Source of the DNA: an uncultured Nitrospiraceae bacterium | GTDB lineage: Bacteria; Nitrospirota; Nitrospiria; Nitrospirales; Nitrospiraceae | Reading direction: 5' to 3' | Assembly: GCA_963846575.1 (NCBI GenBank) | Contig: CAWJWJ010000001.1 | Span: 896,001-960,000 of the forward strand | DNA length: 64,000 nucleotides | Shown here: positions 20,702-32,413 of the stretch, in pieces | Numbering within the stretch: position 1 is the stretch's first letter | Layout of the letters: each line of letters starts with the position of its first letter | The notes under the pieces: generated by a model | The model's input: only the letters and a program-made list of their open reading frames with translations | Told to the model about the DNA's origin: nothing | Databases searched by the model: none | Position numbers and translations under genes: made by a program

Positions 20702-20775
20702 CTCACCAGGTTTACTGGTTCATTATTTGATGATCCGCTTGAACCAGCTTGACCGTGGGAACGGTTTCGCGTAAT

Positions 20776-20791
20776 TGTTCCACGTGGAACA
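20776..20791. promoter_or_regulatory. parS: parS site 1
   Basis: Perfect palindrome TGTTCCACGTGGAACA matching the chromosomal parS consensus, about 0.7 kb upstream of parA. Confidence 0.9.
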
Positions 20792-21434
20792 GGCTTCTTT
20801 CTCACAGCTCCTCATGGCATCCGCCGCAGATCTCTCAATTCCCTTTCAGGACTCTGCAGTTCCTCACTTTTACAAGTATTTCTGCGAGCTTCAGAAATGG
20901 AACGAGGCCATGAATCTCACTGCTATTCTCAATGATCATGAGATTGTAGTGAAGCATTTCGTAGATTCCATGGCCGGACTGAAAGCTTTGGAGCTGAGAG
21001 AAGACGTGGAACTGCTGGATATAGGGGCTGGCGCAGGGTTTCCATCCATTCCCCTAAAATTGATTTGGCCGAGCCTGTCGATTGAGCTGCTCGAGCCAAG
21101 CAAAAAAAAGACTTCGTTCTTGCGTTATCTCATCGGATCTATTGGGATTACAGGAGCGACAGTAGTGACATCGAAGTTGGAAAGCTACGTCGAGCAGGGG
21201 CACAGTCAGCGGTTGTTTGACTATATTGTGGTCAGGGCATTCAAGGTTAATTCATTTGGAAAGTCGTTAGGGCGTCTCCTGAAGCAGGGGGGGAAGGTCG
21301 TGTTATTCCGGGCGACCAGGGTAGAGGAAGATTTCAGCCTCGATAGCCTTGCTTTGGTGAGGGAAGTCGAGTATGAGCTTCCGTCAGGATACGGGCATAG
21401 AACGTTATCTGTATTTGCGAAGTCGGAAGAGTAG
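20784..21434 (+). CDS. rsmG: 16S rRNA m7G527 methyltransferase RsmG (GidB)
   Basis: KWNEAMNLTAI, KHFVDS, LDIGAGAGFP and VVRAF motifs; position after mnmG; start uncertain (TTG 20775, GTG 20784 or ATG 20814). Confidence 0.9.
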   Translation: MEQASFSQLLMASAADLSIPFQDSAVPHFYKYFCELQKWNEAMNLTAILNDHEIVVKHFVDSMAGLKALELREDVELLDIGAGAGFPSIPLKLIWPSLSIELLEPSKKKTSFLRYLIGSIGITGATVVTSKLESYVEQGHSQRLFDYIVVRAFKVNSFGKSLGRLLKQGGKVVLFRATRVEEDFSLDSLALVREVEYELPSGYGHRTLSVFAKSEE

Positions 21435-21439
21435 CCTCA

Positions 21440-21455
21440 TGTTCCACGTGGAACA
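21440..21455. promoter_or_regulatory. parS: parS site 2, inside a 28-bp perfect palindrome (21434-21461)
   Basis: GCCTCA-TGTTCCACGTGGAACA-TGAGGC between the rsmG stop and the parA start. Confidence 0.92.
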
Positions 21456-21488
21456 TGAGGCCTCGGGCACAATAACTGGGGTAAAGGA

Positions 21489-22265
21489 ATGTCTCGAATC
21501 ATCGCTGTCGCAAACCAGAAGGGAGGAGTGGGTAAAACCACCACCTCGGTAAATCTCGCCGCAGCGTTAGCAATCGAAGGCGAATCAGTCCTCTTGATTG
21601 ATATCGACCCCCAAGGTAATGCAACGAGCGGCCTTGGAGCTGACCCCATGTCGCTAGGGAAAACGGTCTACAACGCATTGATCAGTGGGGACAGCATTGA
21701 ATCTATTACCATGCCGACGGCGGTTAACGGCCTTTCGCTAGTGCCATCCAATTCGCACCTTGCGGGAGCCGAAGTGGATTTGGTCAATATGGATTCCAGG
21801 GAGGTCCGTCTGAAGGAATCTCTGGCTGAAATTGCCGACCGATACGACACGATCTTGTTGGACTGTCCTCCGGCGCTGGGGTTGCTGACGATCAATGCGA
21901 TGGTGGCCGCACATTCTGTTCTTATTCCTGTCCAGTGTGAATATTATGCGATGGAAGGACTGGGTCGACTCATGGAAAGCATTCAGCGGCTCAAGGAGGC
22001 GCTGAACCCTGAATTGGAAATCGAAGGAATTGTCCTGACCATGTACGACGCCCGCAATTCATTGGCCCGCCAGGTCGTGGAGCAGATACGGGGACATTTC
22101 AAGGAAGCAGTCTACCAAACGATGATTCCGCGCAATGTCACACTGGCAGAGGCCCCGAGTTATGGTCGTCCGGCCTTGTTGTACAACGTGGCTTCGGCGG
22201 GAGCCCAAGCTTATCTTTCCCTAGCCAAGGAGTTTGTCGTCCATGGAGAAAAAAGCCCTCGGTAG
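21489..22265 (+). CDS. parA: Chromosome partitioning ATPase ParA/Soj
   Basis: NQKGGVGKTT, DIDPQGNAT, DCPPALG, PVQCEYYA and IPRNVTLAEAPSYG motifs. Confidence 0.96.
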   Translation: MSRIIAVANQKGGVGKTTTSVNLAAALAIEGESVLLIDIDPQGNATSGLGADPMSLGKTVYNALISGDSIESITMPTAVNGLSLVPSNSHLAGAEVDLVNMDSREVRLKESLAEIADRYDTILLDCPPALGLLTINAMVAAHSVLIPVQCEYYAMEGLGRLMESIQRLKEALNPELEIEGIVLTMYDARNSLARQVVEQIRGHFKEAVYQTMIPRNVTLAEAPSYGRPALLYNVASAGAQAYLSLAKEFVVHGEKSPR

Positions 22266-23091
22266 AGGACTCGATGCATTGCTGCCGACATCCCGGACAA
22301 CCGCGGACCCGGAGCGGGGTGATGTGCAGGAATTGCGGCTGGAATCGATTGTTCCGAACCGGTTTCAACCGCGGCAGCACTTCTCCGAGCTGGAGCTTGC
22401 TGAATTAACTGCCTCCCTGAAGCAGAATGGACTCCTTCAGCCAATTTTAGTGCGGCGAAAGGGCGACGGCATCTTTGAGCTGATTGCCGGAGAGCGCCGC
22501 CTGAGGGCTGCTAAGTTAGCGGGAATGCAGAAGATTCCTGCGCTCGTGAGAAATGTGTCTGACCAGGAATCCATGGTACTCGCGTTGGTGGAAAATCTGC
22601 AGCGCGATGATTTAAATCCTATGGAGACAGCGCGGGCTTACCAGCGTATGTTGAACGAATTCGGCCTCACTCAGGAAGCGATCGCGCAGAAAGTGGCCTG
22701 TGACCGGTCATCCGTTGCCAATCTGCTGCGGCTCATGTCACTGCCCCATGAAGTGCAGCAGATGATCGAGGAGGATCAGCTTTCCACCGGACATGCCAAG
22801 GTCATTCTCGGATTGATGACACCGGCAGCCCAGGTGAACTTGGCTCAACAGATTGTGAAGGACCAGCTGTCCGTCCGAGAAGCGGAGCGGCTCGTGCAAA
22901 CTCACGCCGAGGCGCGAAAGCCGGGGAGGCGGTCAGCCAGGGTTCCCTTGCGGTCGGACCTCGAGGAGCGGCTGCAGAAGCGGCTGGGGACCAGAGTGGA
23001 TGTTCAGAAGCGCCGGCGCGGCGGGAAAATCGTGATTCACTATTTCTCGCCGGAAGAGCTGGACGGTGTCGTCGAGCGATTGCTTAATTAG
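22243..23091 (+). CDS. parB: Chromosome partitioning protein ParB/Spo0J
   Basis: LGRGLDALL, QPR, GLLQPI, IAGERRLRA, ENLQRDDLN and HTH region TQEAIAQKV. Confidence 0.96.
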   Translation: MEKKALGRGLDALLPTSRTTADPERGDVQELRLESIVPNRFQPRQHFSELELAELTASLKQNGLLQPILVRRKGDGIFELIAGERRLRAAKLAGMQKIPALVRNVSDQESMVLALVENLQRDDLNPMETARAYQRMLNEFGLTQEAIAQKVACDRSSVANLLRLMSLPHEVQQMIEEDQLSTGHAKVILGLMTPAAQVNLAQQIVKDQLSVREAERLVQTHAEARKPGRRSARVPLRSDLEERLQKRLGTRVDVQKRRRGGKIVIHYFSPEELDGVVERLLN

Positions 23092-23244
23092 CCGAGCGGG
23101 TGTTTTGGGAGAAGATTTTTTGATTCCCACCGAGTAGAATGCCCACGTGTTCAGTCAATCCGGTTTGAGAGTGATCCGGCAGGTATTCGAGAACCTCCCG
23201 GTCTAATCGCATGAGATGTTGCAACCCCGTGGGAGGTGTGAGTG

Positions 23245-23727
23245 ATGTGGACCAAGGAAAAGCAGGACGGGAAACGCCCGGCGGCACAAGGTGAGGGAAC
23301 GGATATGGAGAATCTAGACGTGGCAGCACCTCGAGAAGGAAATGAAGAGATCAATGCCTTTGTCGGAAAGGGCGTGAGTTTCAAGGGCGTCATTTCTTAT
23401 AACGGCACCGTTCGCATCGACGGCAATCTGGATGGGGAAATTCACACTGAAGGGGTGTTGCTGGTCGGTGAGGATGCGGTTTTGAACGCAAAGATCACAG
23501 CCGGCACTGTGGTGTGCAAGGGGAAAATCACCGGGGATATCAGTGCCCGGGAAAAAGTGAAATTGCGCGCGCCCGCCGTGGTGAATGCCGGTGTGAAAGC
23601 CCCGCTCATCGCTATGGAAGAAGGCGTGGTGTTCAACGGGACGTTGGAAATGAGCCAGTCGGGGACACGCGAACCGCAAGGTCAGGGGGCCACGCGGGGG
23701 CAGTCCGTCAAGCTGGTGGGCGGCTAG
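23245..23727 (+). CDS. Bactofilin (polymer-forming cytoskeletal protein) 1
   Basis: VGKGVSFKGVISYNGTVRIDGNLDGEI...MEEGVVFNG beta-solenoid pattern; GGAGG RBS. Confidence 0.9.
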   Translation: MWTKEKQDGKRPAAQGEGTDMENLDVAAPREGNEEINAFVGKGVSFKGVISYNGTVRIDGNLDGEIHTEGVLLVGEDAVLNAKITAGTVVCKGKITGDISAREKVKLRAPAVVNAGVKAPLIAMEEGVVFNGTLEMSQSGTREPQGQGATRGQSVKLVGG

Positions 23728-23855
23728 ACATCTCACGGCCGAAGTCGTGGACAGAGTTGCGGCCATGGTAGAGCCTCGAGAGTCAGGCGCAGTCAAGGCT
23801 CACGCAGGCCGTGTGCCGACCCGTTATGTTTTGTTGGGTGTGAAGGAGGACGCCG

Positions 23856-24311
23856 ATGTGGGGTGAGACAAAAAAACAGCCCGTCGCAGAAGATGACAAG
23901 TTCACATTTCTTGGAAAGGGCACCAGCTTCAAAGGGATTGTCACCTTTGATGGCACCGTCCGTATCGATGGCCGCGTGGAAGGCGAAGTGCATACCGGAG
24001 GTGCGGTCATCATTGGAGAAAGTGCCATTATCAAAGGAATAATTGCCGCCGGATCGGTCGCCATCAGTGGGCGGGTTAAGGGCTCGGTGACCGCTACGCA
24101 AAAGGTTGAGCTCCAAAAGCCCGGCATTCTCATCGGCGACATACAGAGTCCGGTGGTAATGGTTGAGGAAGGTGCTCATTTTCACGGCATGAGTAACATG
24201 GGCGCCGAAAAGTGGGTGGAGGAGGAGTTGCCGGAATTTGGCTCACCGCAGGACACCGGCGTACATGATCTCGTGGCCCATCGCGGCAAAAGCAAGACGC
24301 ACGAACCGTAG
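23856..24311 (+). CDS. Bactofilin 2
   Basis: LGKGTSFKGIVTFDGTVRIDGRVEGEV...VEEGAHFHG; AGGAGG RBS. Confidence 0.9.
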   Translation: MWGETKKQPVAEDDKFTFLGKGTSFKGIVTFDGTVRIDGRVEGEVHTGGAVIIGESAIIKGIIAAGSVAISGRVKGSVTATQKVELQKPGILIGDIQSPVVMVEEGAHFHGMSNMGAEKWVEEELPEFGSPQDTGVHDLVAHRGKSKTHEP

Positions 24312-24347
24312 CGGACGGCTCCGTCGTTACTTCCCCTGGTATTACTT

Positions 24348-25430
24348 ATGACACGTCACACAGTGCTGCTTGGCATGAGCGGCGGAGTGGATAGCTCCGT
24401 CGCGGCTTCTCTCCTGGTTCGGCAGGGCTACGATGTCCATGGCGTGACTCTCCAGGTGTGGGAACATGAGGATGACCAGGTGGCTGCCTCCAAGCGATGG
24501 GAAGAGCGTGGCTGTTGCAAAATCGGCATCGCCAGGTTTGTCGCTCAGCGGCTGAATATTCCCTACGAAGTCGTTGACCGCCGAGAGGTCTTCCAGCAGG
24601 GCGTAATCGATGATTTCGTTGCCGGATATGCCGCTGGCACGACCCCGAATCCCTGCGTGCGGTGCAATGAGCGCGTGAAATTGCGATCCTTGTACGCCTT
24701 GGCACAGGAGCGGGGGATGGACTACGTGGCCACGGGACATTATGCCCGCGTTCAGCAGGCAGAGGGCCAATGGTCGCTGCACCGTGCCCTGGACCAGCGC
24801 AAAGATCAAAGTTATTTTCTCTATCGACTCAACGCAGACTGGTTGCCACGGTTACTCTTCCCGGTCGGGCATATGCAGAAGCGGGATGTCTGGCAGGAGG
24901 CCGAAGCACTCGGGTTGCCGGTGGACGAACTCAAGGAAAGCCAGGAAATTTGTTTTGTGAGTCATGGCGACTATCGTACCTTTCTTGAGCACGAACGGCC
25001 CGCGATCAAGCAGCCCGGCGCGTTTGTGGGCGTGAACGGCGAAGTCCTTGGACAGCATGAGGGGATTGCGTTTTACACGCCCGGTCAACGACGCGGACTC
25101 GGCATCGCCGCCGGACAGCGGCTCTACGTACAAAAAGTCGTGCCGGAGTCAGGTCAGGTGGTGCTATGTACCGAAGATCAATTGGTGCAGGCGGAATGTG
25201 ACGTAGCCGATCTCAGTCTCCTTGATCGGACGATGAGTCGACGATCGCTTGAAGCGGAGGTAAAAGTTCGTTATGCCACCCCTCCCTCGACCGCGACTCT
25301 GACGCCCTCGAAAGATGGAGCAGTTCACATACGGTTCCATCAGCCGCAACGCGCTCTCAGCCCTGGCCAGTCCGCTGTGTTTTATGACGGAGACCGCGTG
25401 CTCGGCGGTGGCATCATCCAGCGCCGTTGA
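24348..25430 (+). CDS. mnmA: tRNA 2-thiouridylase MnmA
   Basis: MSGGVDSS PP-loop, TPNPCVRCN, ATGHYA, KDQSYFL, ESQEICF, GQRRGLG and PGQSAVFY motifs. Confidence 0.96.
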   Translation: MTRHTVLLGMSGGVDSSVAASLLVRQGYDVHGVTLQVWEHEDDQVAASKRWEERGCCKIGIARFVAQRLNIPYEVVDRREVFQQGVIDDFVAGYAAGTTPNPCVRCNERVKLRSLYALAQERGMDYVATGHYARVQQAEGQWSLHRALDQRKDQSYFLYRLNADWLPRLLFPVGHMQKRDVWQEAEALGLPVDELKESQEICFVSHGDYRTFLEHERPAIKQPGAFVGVNGEVLGQHEGIAFYTPGQRRGLGIAAGQRLYVQKVVPESGQVVLCTEDQLVQAECDVADLSLLDRTMSRRSLEAEVKVRYATPPSTATLTPSKDGAVHIRFHQPQRALSPGQSAVFYDGDRVLGGGIIQRR

Positions 25431-25563
25431 TCGTGCAGTGACAATTATTCATCTTTCACTAATCAATTAACGAGAGCTCGTCATTCGCATGCCCAGTCAG
25501 GCCTACTCTGGTGGTCAGCATTCCGGCGGGGGCATCTTGTTGCCAGCATTGTCCCGAACCTCC

Positions 25564-25593
25564 TTGACAGTACCCGCATGCAGATGCTAACTT
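25564..25593 (+). promoter_or_regulatory. Probable sigma70 promoter of atpHAGDC
   Basis: TTGACA at 25564-25569, 18-nt spacer ending in TGn, TAACTT at 25588-25593. Confidence 0.55.
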
Positions 25594-25671
25594 GGCGCGC
25601 TTTTTGTCGTGCCCACCGCACGAAAGCTTCTCGTTTGATCAAAACACGGTTAACCGTAGCGGATAGTCATT

Positions 25672-26211
25672 GTGATTAAGACAGCCGTCGCACGTCGATA
25701 CGCAAAAGCTTTGTTTGAACTTCTCGATGCCTCAAGTGTTGAGCCGGTCCGGATGGCCCTGCAGGGTCTCGGAGAAGCGTTCGCGCAGTCTGCTGCGCTG
25801 CGCCATGCCGTCGCGTCACCGGTCTTTCCGGAAGAGACCAAGTTGAGTGTGCTGATCGAATTGGCCACCCGTCTCGGATGCCCGCCCATCGGCAAGACAT
25901 TTCTGGATCAATTGGTGAAAAAGAATCGGGTGAGTTTTCTGCCGGACATTGCCGAGGCGTTTGCTAAACTGGTGGACGCATCCAAGGGAACTCAGCAAGT
26001 CTCCGTCTCATCCGCGACCGCGTTGCCTGCTCCTGAGCAGGACCGAATCACCACCCGATTGCGCGACGTCCTGAAGCGCGACGTGGATGTCACATTCCAT
26101 ACCGAACCTGAACATGTCGCCGGCCTCCATATCCGCCTGGGCAGTACCGTCGTAGACAGCACGGTCAGGGGCCGACTGAGCGCCATGCAGCGTGTGTTGA
26201 CCAAGGAGTAG
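25672..26211 (+). CDS. atpH: ATP synthase F1 delta subunit
   Basis: [11 protein letters not shown]-terminus, LVKKNR and [13 protein letters not shown]; first gene before atpA. Confidence 0.93.
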   Translation: MIKTAVARRYAKALFELLDASSVEPVRMALQGLGEAFAQSAALRHAVASPVFPEETKLSVLIELATRLGCPPIGKTFLDQLVKKNRVSFLPDIAEAFAKLVDASKGTQQVSVSSATALPAPEQDRITTRLRDVLKRDVDVTFHTEPEHVAGLHIRLGSTVVDSTVRGRLSAMQRVLTKE

Positions 26212-26213
26212 CC

Positions 26214-27731
26214 ATGCAGATCAAGGCAGAAGAGATCAGCTCCATCATCAAAGAGAAGATCAAAGGCTTCGACCAACAAGTCGACGTTAGTCAAACCGGC
26301 TCAGTTATCCAGGTCGGAGACGGAATTGCCAAGATCTATGGATTGGACGGGGCGATGGCCGGGGAGATGCTCGAGTTTCCGGGTGGTCTCTACGGTATTG
26401 CGCTCAACCTTGAAGAGGACAACGTCGGAGCGGTGTTGATGGGCGATGACGTGGGGATTAAAGAGGGCGACCCCGTCAAGCGAACCGGTCGAATTGCGGA
26501 AATTCCGGTCGGAGAAGCCTTGGTCGGCCGGGTCGTGAACGCGATCGGCCAACCCATTGATGGCAAGGGACCGATCAACTCCCCGCATTCGTCCCGCATC
26601 GAAATGGTCGCGCCGGGTGTGAACACCCGCCAATCGGTCCGCGAACCGCTGCAAACCGGCATCAAGGCGATCGATGCCATGATTCCGATTGGTCGCGGCC
26701 AACGTGAGTTGATCATCGGTGACCGGCAGACCGGGAAGACGGCCATCGCCGTTGATACGATCATCAATCAGAAGGGCCTCGGCGTATTTTGCATTTACGT
26801 GGCTGTCGGCCAAAAGCGGTCGACCGTGGCCCGCGTGGTGAAAACGCTCGAAGAGAACAACGCGATGGAATACAGCATGGTGGTCGCGGCGACCGCCAGC
26901 GATCCTGCGCCGATGCAATTCCTGGCGCCATTCGCCGGCGCCGCGATCGGGGAATATTTCCGCGATAACGGCAAACATGCGCTGATCGTCTATGATGACT
27001 TGTCGAAGCATGCCGTCGCCTATCGCCAGCTCTCCTTGCTGCTGCGCCGTCCGCCTGGGCGTGAGGCCTATCCCGGCGACGTCTTTTATCTGCACTCCCG
27101 CTTGCTGGAGCGTGCCGCAAAATTGAGCGATAAGCTTGGCGGCGGTAGTTTGACGGCCCTTCCCATTATCGAGACGCAAGCCGGTGACGTGTCGGCCTAT
27201 ATCCCGACCAATGTCATTTCGATCACCGACGGACAGATCTACCTAGGTAGTGACCTGTTCTATTCCGGTATTCGTCCCGCCATCAACGTCGGTCTGTCCG
27301 TCTCCCGTGTGGGCGGCTCCGCACAGATCAAGACGATGAAGCAGGTCGCCGGAACCTTACGATTGGATCTCGCGCAGTATCGTGAAATGGCGGCCTTCTC
27401 TCAGTTCGGAAGCGAACTGGACAAGGCGACGCAGATGCAGCTCGCGCGCGGCGTGCGCATGGTGGAACTGCTGAAGCAGGGTCAATACAAGCCGATGCCG
27501 GTGGCCGATCAAGTGCTGTCAATTTATGCCGGAGTCAACGGATACCTTGACGATGTGCCGGTAGACAAGGTTCTGCAATTCGAGGCGGATCTGCTGCATT
27601 ATGTCGGACAGCACCACCAGGATATGCGGAAAGATCTCGCCACGGTCGGGAAGATCGACGATAAAGTAGGCGCAAAACTGAAAGAGATCATCACAACGTT
27701 CAAGCAGAAAATGGGCTATGGAGGAAAGTAA
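26214..27731 (+). CDS. atpA: ATP synthase F1 alpha subunit
   Basis: [40 protein letters not shown] and [13 protein letters not shown]. Confidence 0.98.
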   Translation: MQIKAEEISSIIKEKIKGFDQQVDVSQTGSVIQVGDGIAKIYGLDGAMAGEMLEFPGGLYGIALNLEEDNVGAVLMGDDVGIKEGDPVKRTGRIAEIPVGEALVGRVVNAIGQPIDGKGPINSPHSSRIEMVAPGVNTRQSVREPLQTGIKAIDAMIPIGRGQRELIIGDRQTGKTAIAVDTIINQKGLGVFCIYVAVGQKRSTVARVVKTLEENNAMEYSMVVAATASDPAPMQFLAPFAGAAIGEYFRDNGKHALIVYDDLSKHAVAYRQLSLLLRRPPGREAYPGDVFYLHSRLLERAAKLSDKLGGGSLTALPIIETQAGDVSAYIPTNVISITDGQIYLGSDLFYSGIRPAINVGLSVSRVGGSAQIKTMKQVAGTLRLDLAQYREMAAFSQFGSELDKATQMQLARGVRMVELLKQGQYKPMPVADQVLSIYAGVNGYLDDVPVDKVLQFEADLLHYVGQHHQDMRKDLATVGKIDDKVGAKLKEIITTFKQKMGYGGK

Positions 27732-27832
27732 GATTTGGTGATGATGTGGTCCGGCGATGTGATCGAGAGTCTGAAGCCGTAGCGTCTCAGCGCATCGGAT
27801 TGCCCAACCTCCACCGTCTGCTTCCGTAAAAT

Positions 27833-28720
27833 ATGCCGAGCTTACAATCTCTCAGGCGAAAAATCGCCGCCTTCAAGAATACGCAAAAAATCACCAAGGC
27901 CATGAAAATGGTTGCGGCTGCGAAGCTGAAGCGTTCGCAGGACCGCATTCTGGCGGCGCGGCCCTACGCCCAAAAAATGCGCGGCGTGTTGCGCAATCTC
28001 AGCCAGCGCGTGAATCGTGCGGCGCATCCGCTCCTGCAAAAACGTGAGGGACGCAAAGTCGAGATCCTCGTCGTCACCAGCGATCGCGGACTGTGCGGGG
28101 GGTTCAACGGCAATATCGTGCGAAAAAGCGCTGAATTCCTCCGGCAATGTGAGGCGCAGGGGTTCTCGGTCAACCTCAGTATTATCGGCCGGAAGGGTCG
28201 TGACTATTTCAGGCGGCGCCCATGGCCGATCCGCCAGGAGTGGGCCGGCGTGTTCGACAAGCTGAGCTTCGAACATGCGATCGACATCGGCGGCGACCTG
28301 ACGGAAAGCTTCGTGAAGGGCACTTTCGATGAACTCTACGTAGTGTATAACGAGTTCAAGTCTGCGATCCAACAACGAGTGATCGTAGAAAAGTTATTCC
28401 CTATTGATGTCGAGACGGAGTTCGCAGAGGCCCAGAATCAGACGCCGGAGTCTGCCATCGGCGGAAGTTATCTCTTTGAGCCGGATGAGGGCGAGCTATT
28501 GAGTGTCCTGGTTCCGAAACATTTTCAGATTCAGGCCTATCGCATCCTGCTGGAATCGGCGGCGGCGGAACATGGGGCGCGCATGGCGGCCATGGATGGA
28601 GCGACCCGGAACGCGGGCCAGCTCATTAAGAAAGTGACCTTGTATTACAACAAGACCCGCCAGGCAGCGATTACCAAAGAACTCATGGACATCGTCGGCG
28701 GCGCTGAAGCCCTGAAATGA
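27833..28720 (+). CDS. atpG: ATP synthase F1 gamma subunit
   Basis: KITKAMKMVAAAK, SDRGLCGGFN and YNKTRQAAITKEL. Confidence 0.98.
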   Translation: MPSLQSLRRKIAAFKNTQKITKAMKMVAAAKLKRSQDRILAARPYAQKMRGVLRNLSQRVNRAAHPLLQKREGRKVEILVVTSDRGLCGGFNGNIVRKSAEFLRQCEAQGFSVNLSIIGRKGRDYFRRRPWPIRQEWAGVFDKLSFEHAIDIGGDLTESFVKGTFDELYVVYNEFKSAIQQRVIVEKLFPIDVETEFAEAQNQTPESAIGGSYLFEPDEGELLSVLVPKHFQIQAYRILLESAAAEHGARMAAMDGATRNAGQLIKKVTLYYNKTRQAAITKELMDIVGGAEALK

Positions 28721-28752
28721 AATGTGGAATGAGGAATGCTATTTTGCGGTAA

Positions 28753-30231
<1,479 letters not shown>

Positions 30232-30245
30232 CACGACAAGGTAAA

Positions 30246-30307
30246 CGAGCATCCTCGTTGCTCGCCCAACGCGCGGCTTCGGAAAGCCCTCGTTGAAGGT
30301 GCGCAGT
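30246..30307. repeat. Structured intergenic element (two hairpins), possibly a dispersed REP-like repeat
   Basis: CGAGC/GCTCG stem and CAACG..GGCTT-CGGA-AAGCC..CGTTG stem between atpD and atpC; only one copy in this window. Confidence 0.4.
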
Positions 30308-30355
30308 ACAGAACGCCTCGGTTTCCTTCCCATGCTACAAGGGGAGCGCTAGAAC

Positions 30356-30775
30356 ATGGCAGGAAAGATATTGTTGGAAGTGGTGACGCCGGAGAAAATG
30401 CTTCTGAGCCAGGAGGTCGATGAGGTCATTGCTCCCGGTAGCGAGGGAGAGTTCGGTGTGTTGCCTGGGCATTGTCATTTTCTGTCCAGCCTGCGCATCG
30501 GAGAGCTACGGTACAAGAACGAAGAAGCCTGGCGGTATATGTCGATCCTCTGGGGCTATGCGGAGGTCACGCCGATCAAAGTCACCATCATGGCCGAAGT
30601 CGCGGAGAAGGCGGAGGACATCGATGTCGGACGCGCTCAACAGGCCGTTGAATTAGCCGAACAGCGGCTTCATGCCGGAGGTCTTCCGTCCGAAGTGAGA
30701 GAGGCGGAAATTAGCTTGGAGAAGGCCCGTCTTCGTAAAAAAATCGCAGACCGGGCCCTTCGCGGCCGCGCGTAA
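30356..30775 (+). CDS. atpC: ATP synthase F1 epsilon subunit
   Basis: LEVVTPE, PGSEGEFGVLPGH and EDIDVGRA. Confidence 0.96.
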   Translation: MAGKILLEVVTPEKMLLSQEVDEVIAPGSEGEFGVLPGHCHFLSSLRIGELRYKNEEAWRYMSILWGYAEVTPIKVTIMAEVAEKAEDIDVGRAQQAVELAEQRLHAGGLPSEVREAEISLEKARLRKKIADRALRGRA

Positions 30776-30851
30776 GTCTGCTTTTCTGTCACATGCCGTC
30801 GTTTTTCAATATCTGCTCCTGAAGAGAGAGCTCTCCGCATCAGCCCCTCCT

Positions 30852-31358
30852 ATGCCCAAAGACGTGGTTCTGCTAGCCCTCCTCCTCTGCATCATCGGTA
30901 ATGAGTTCGTGCATGTGTCCTCCAGTCCTGCTCAATCGAGTGCGCCATCAGACTCGAGTCTGTCTGAACTGGACATCAAGGAAGAGATCCGTGAGGTCCT
31001 TCGGCAGTTTATCGATGCCTGGAACGGCGACGATGCGGCGAGGGTGGCGGCTCTGTTCACCGAGGATGGGTCTTTCATTAGTCCGGAAGGCCACACCTAC
31101 AGGGGACGAGAGGCCATCAAGCGTGTGCTCACGGAGGAACATGCTGAGCTTTTTATGGGCACGACCCTCGACGAAACCGTGCGGAGTCTGCGTTTATCCG
31201 CTGTGGATCGCGCGGTCATCAGAGGGGACTTCGAACTTAACGGCGTAAAGACCATGTTCGGCCTCGTGACGCTGAGTCCGCAGGGCTCTTTTCTCTTCCG
31301 TCTCAGGAAAGAGCAGAATCGTTGGTTTCTTCTGGAGGTGTATATTGCGGGGTCATAA
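30852..31358 (+). CDS. Secreted NTF2/SnoaL-like (SgcJ/EcaC-type) protein
   Basis: Hydrophobic N-terminus; IREVLRQFIDAWNGDDAARVAALFTEDG...GREAI NTF2-like pattern. Confidence 0.7.
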   Translation: MPKDVVLLALLLCIIGNEFVHVSSSPAQSSAPSDSSLSELDIKEEIREVLRQFIDAWNGDDAARVAALFTEDGSFISPEGHTYRGREAIKRVLTEEHAELFMGTTLDETVRSLRLSAVDRAVIRGDFELNGVKTMFGLVTLSPQGSFLFRLRKEQNRWFLLEVYIAGS

Positions 31359-31837
31359 GGGAAGGAGCTGAACGTCTAGCCGAGTGCCACCCCGGTCTAC
31401 TGTTTCCTTTCGGATGGGTGAATGTGTTCACGGCCTCTGAAGCGCGGCAGTGCGCGAGATTGATAAGCTATTCCTGCAGGATCCTGGTTTCTTCCGGTTG
31501 GGTGCAGCCACTGAGTCCCTCTTTCCCCTCCTTTCTTGGGTCGTACGCCCATTCGACTGAAACACCTGTGAAGAATTCAAGCCGCGTGTTGTTGCCCACG
31601 CGCCTATGGGCCGGTTCTCTTCATTCACTCAACAGAGAGGCCTATCGAGGGAGACCACCGGCTTGTGAAGGTAGCCGAGTTACTGATACGGAGGAGACCA
31701 TCCGTGAATGCAGCACTGCCAATCGCATTATCTTGACCTAAGCAGGGAGTGAGTGTGCAACGGGGAACCGGGAGTGAGTTCGACTCGTACGATTCCACGC
31801 GAACATCTTCACGACGGAAGTGGCTGGCCTCCAAAGA

Positions 31838-32413
31838 CTAAGGGACCAGCGGAATCTCAATGACCAGCGCGCCCATAACGTCGTCGATCTTGAAATCTTT
31901 TTTGGAACTCTGCGGGTGCGCGTTGTGACAACGAATGCAGGCTTCTGTTACGGCACGGTCGGCATAAATGGCTTGAAAGTACCGTTGACTGTCGATCGTG
32001 ATCGTATTGGTAGCCGACTGTTCCGGATGATTTCGTACGGCCTCTAAGTTCTGCCTTTCAGTCTCATCCGCGGGACCATTCTGAGGATTGATAGGCCATA
32101 GACTCATCAGGCGGTAACGAACCTTGGATCCGGTCATGGTGGCAAGATCATTGGCTTCCCGAAGAAATTGGGCCGGCAAGGGCAGGGTTGCCTTGTCCTT
32201 GCGCCAGGATTCTGAGGCCTGGGTGCCACCAAGTTTCCGCATCCGCTCTACGACATGGATGGTATAAAACGTGCGGTCGGCTTCAATGACGGCATGCAAA
32301 TAGTCCGCAACTGTTTCCGGTGAGATTCCCGGCAGGTCGGCCGCCTCCGAAATCGCCGACAGTGTGCCGACCAATGCCAAGCATGTGGCAATCGAAGCTC
32401 GCCTCGTTCTCAT
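31838..32413 (-). CDS. Periplasmic monoheme c-type protein (DUF3365 / Tll0287-like)
   Basis: AGGAGG RBS; signal peptide; LPLPAQF, SLWPINPQN and single CxxCH (CIRCH) followed by GALVIEIP. Confidence 0.8.
   Translation of the reverse strand: MRTRRASIATCLALVGTLSAISEAADLPGISPETVADYLHAVIEADRTFYTIHVVERMRKLGGTQASESWRKDKATLPLPAQFLREANDLATMTGSKVRYRLMSLWPINPQNGPADETERQNLEAVRNHPEQSATNTITIDSQRYFQAIYADRAVTEACIRCHNAHPQSSKKDFKIDDVMGALVIEIPLVP

Noticed and set aside
20775..20792. Track N-terminus MFHVEQ for rsmG
   Set aside because: It is the translation of the parS palindrome; the true start is probably GTG 20784 or ATG 20814
19540..21434. Apparent GC dip over the mnmG 3' half and rsmG as a sign of horizontal transfer
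   Set aside because: Judged by eye only; the genes are intact and in canonical order
31359..31837. About 480-bp gap between convergent genes containing short ORFs
   Set aside because: ORFs lack convincing RBS or motifs, and no recognisable RNA family is seen
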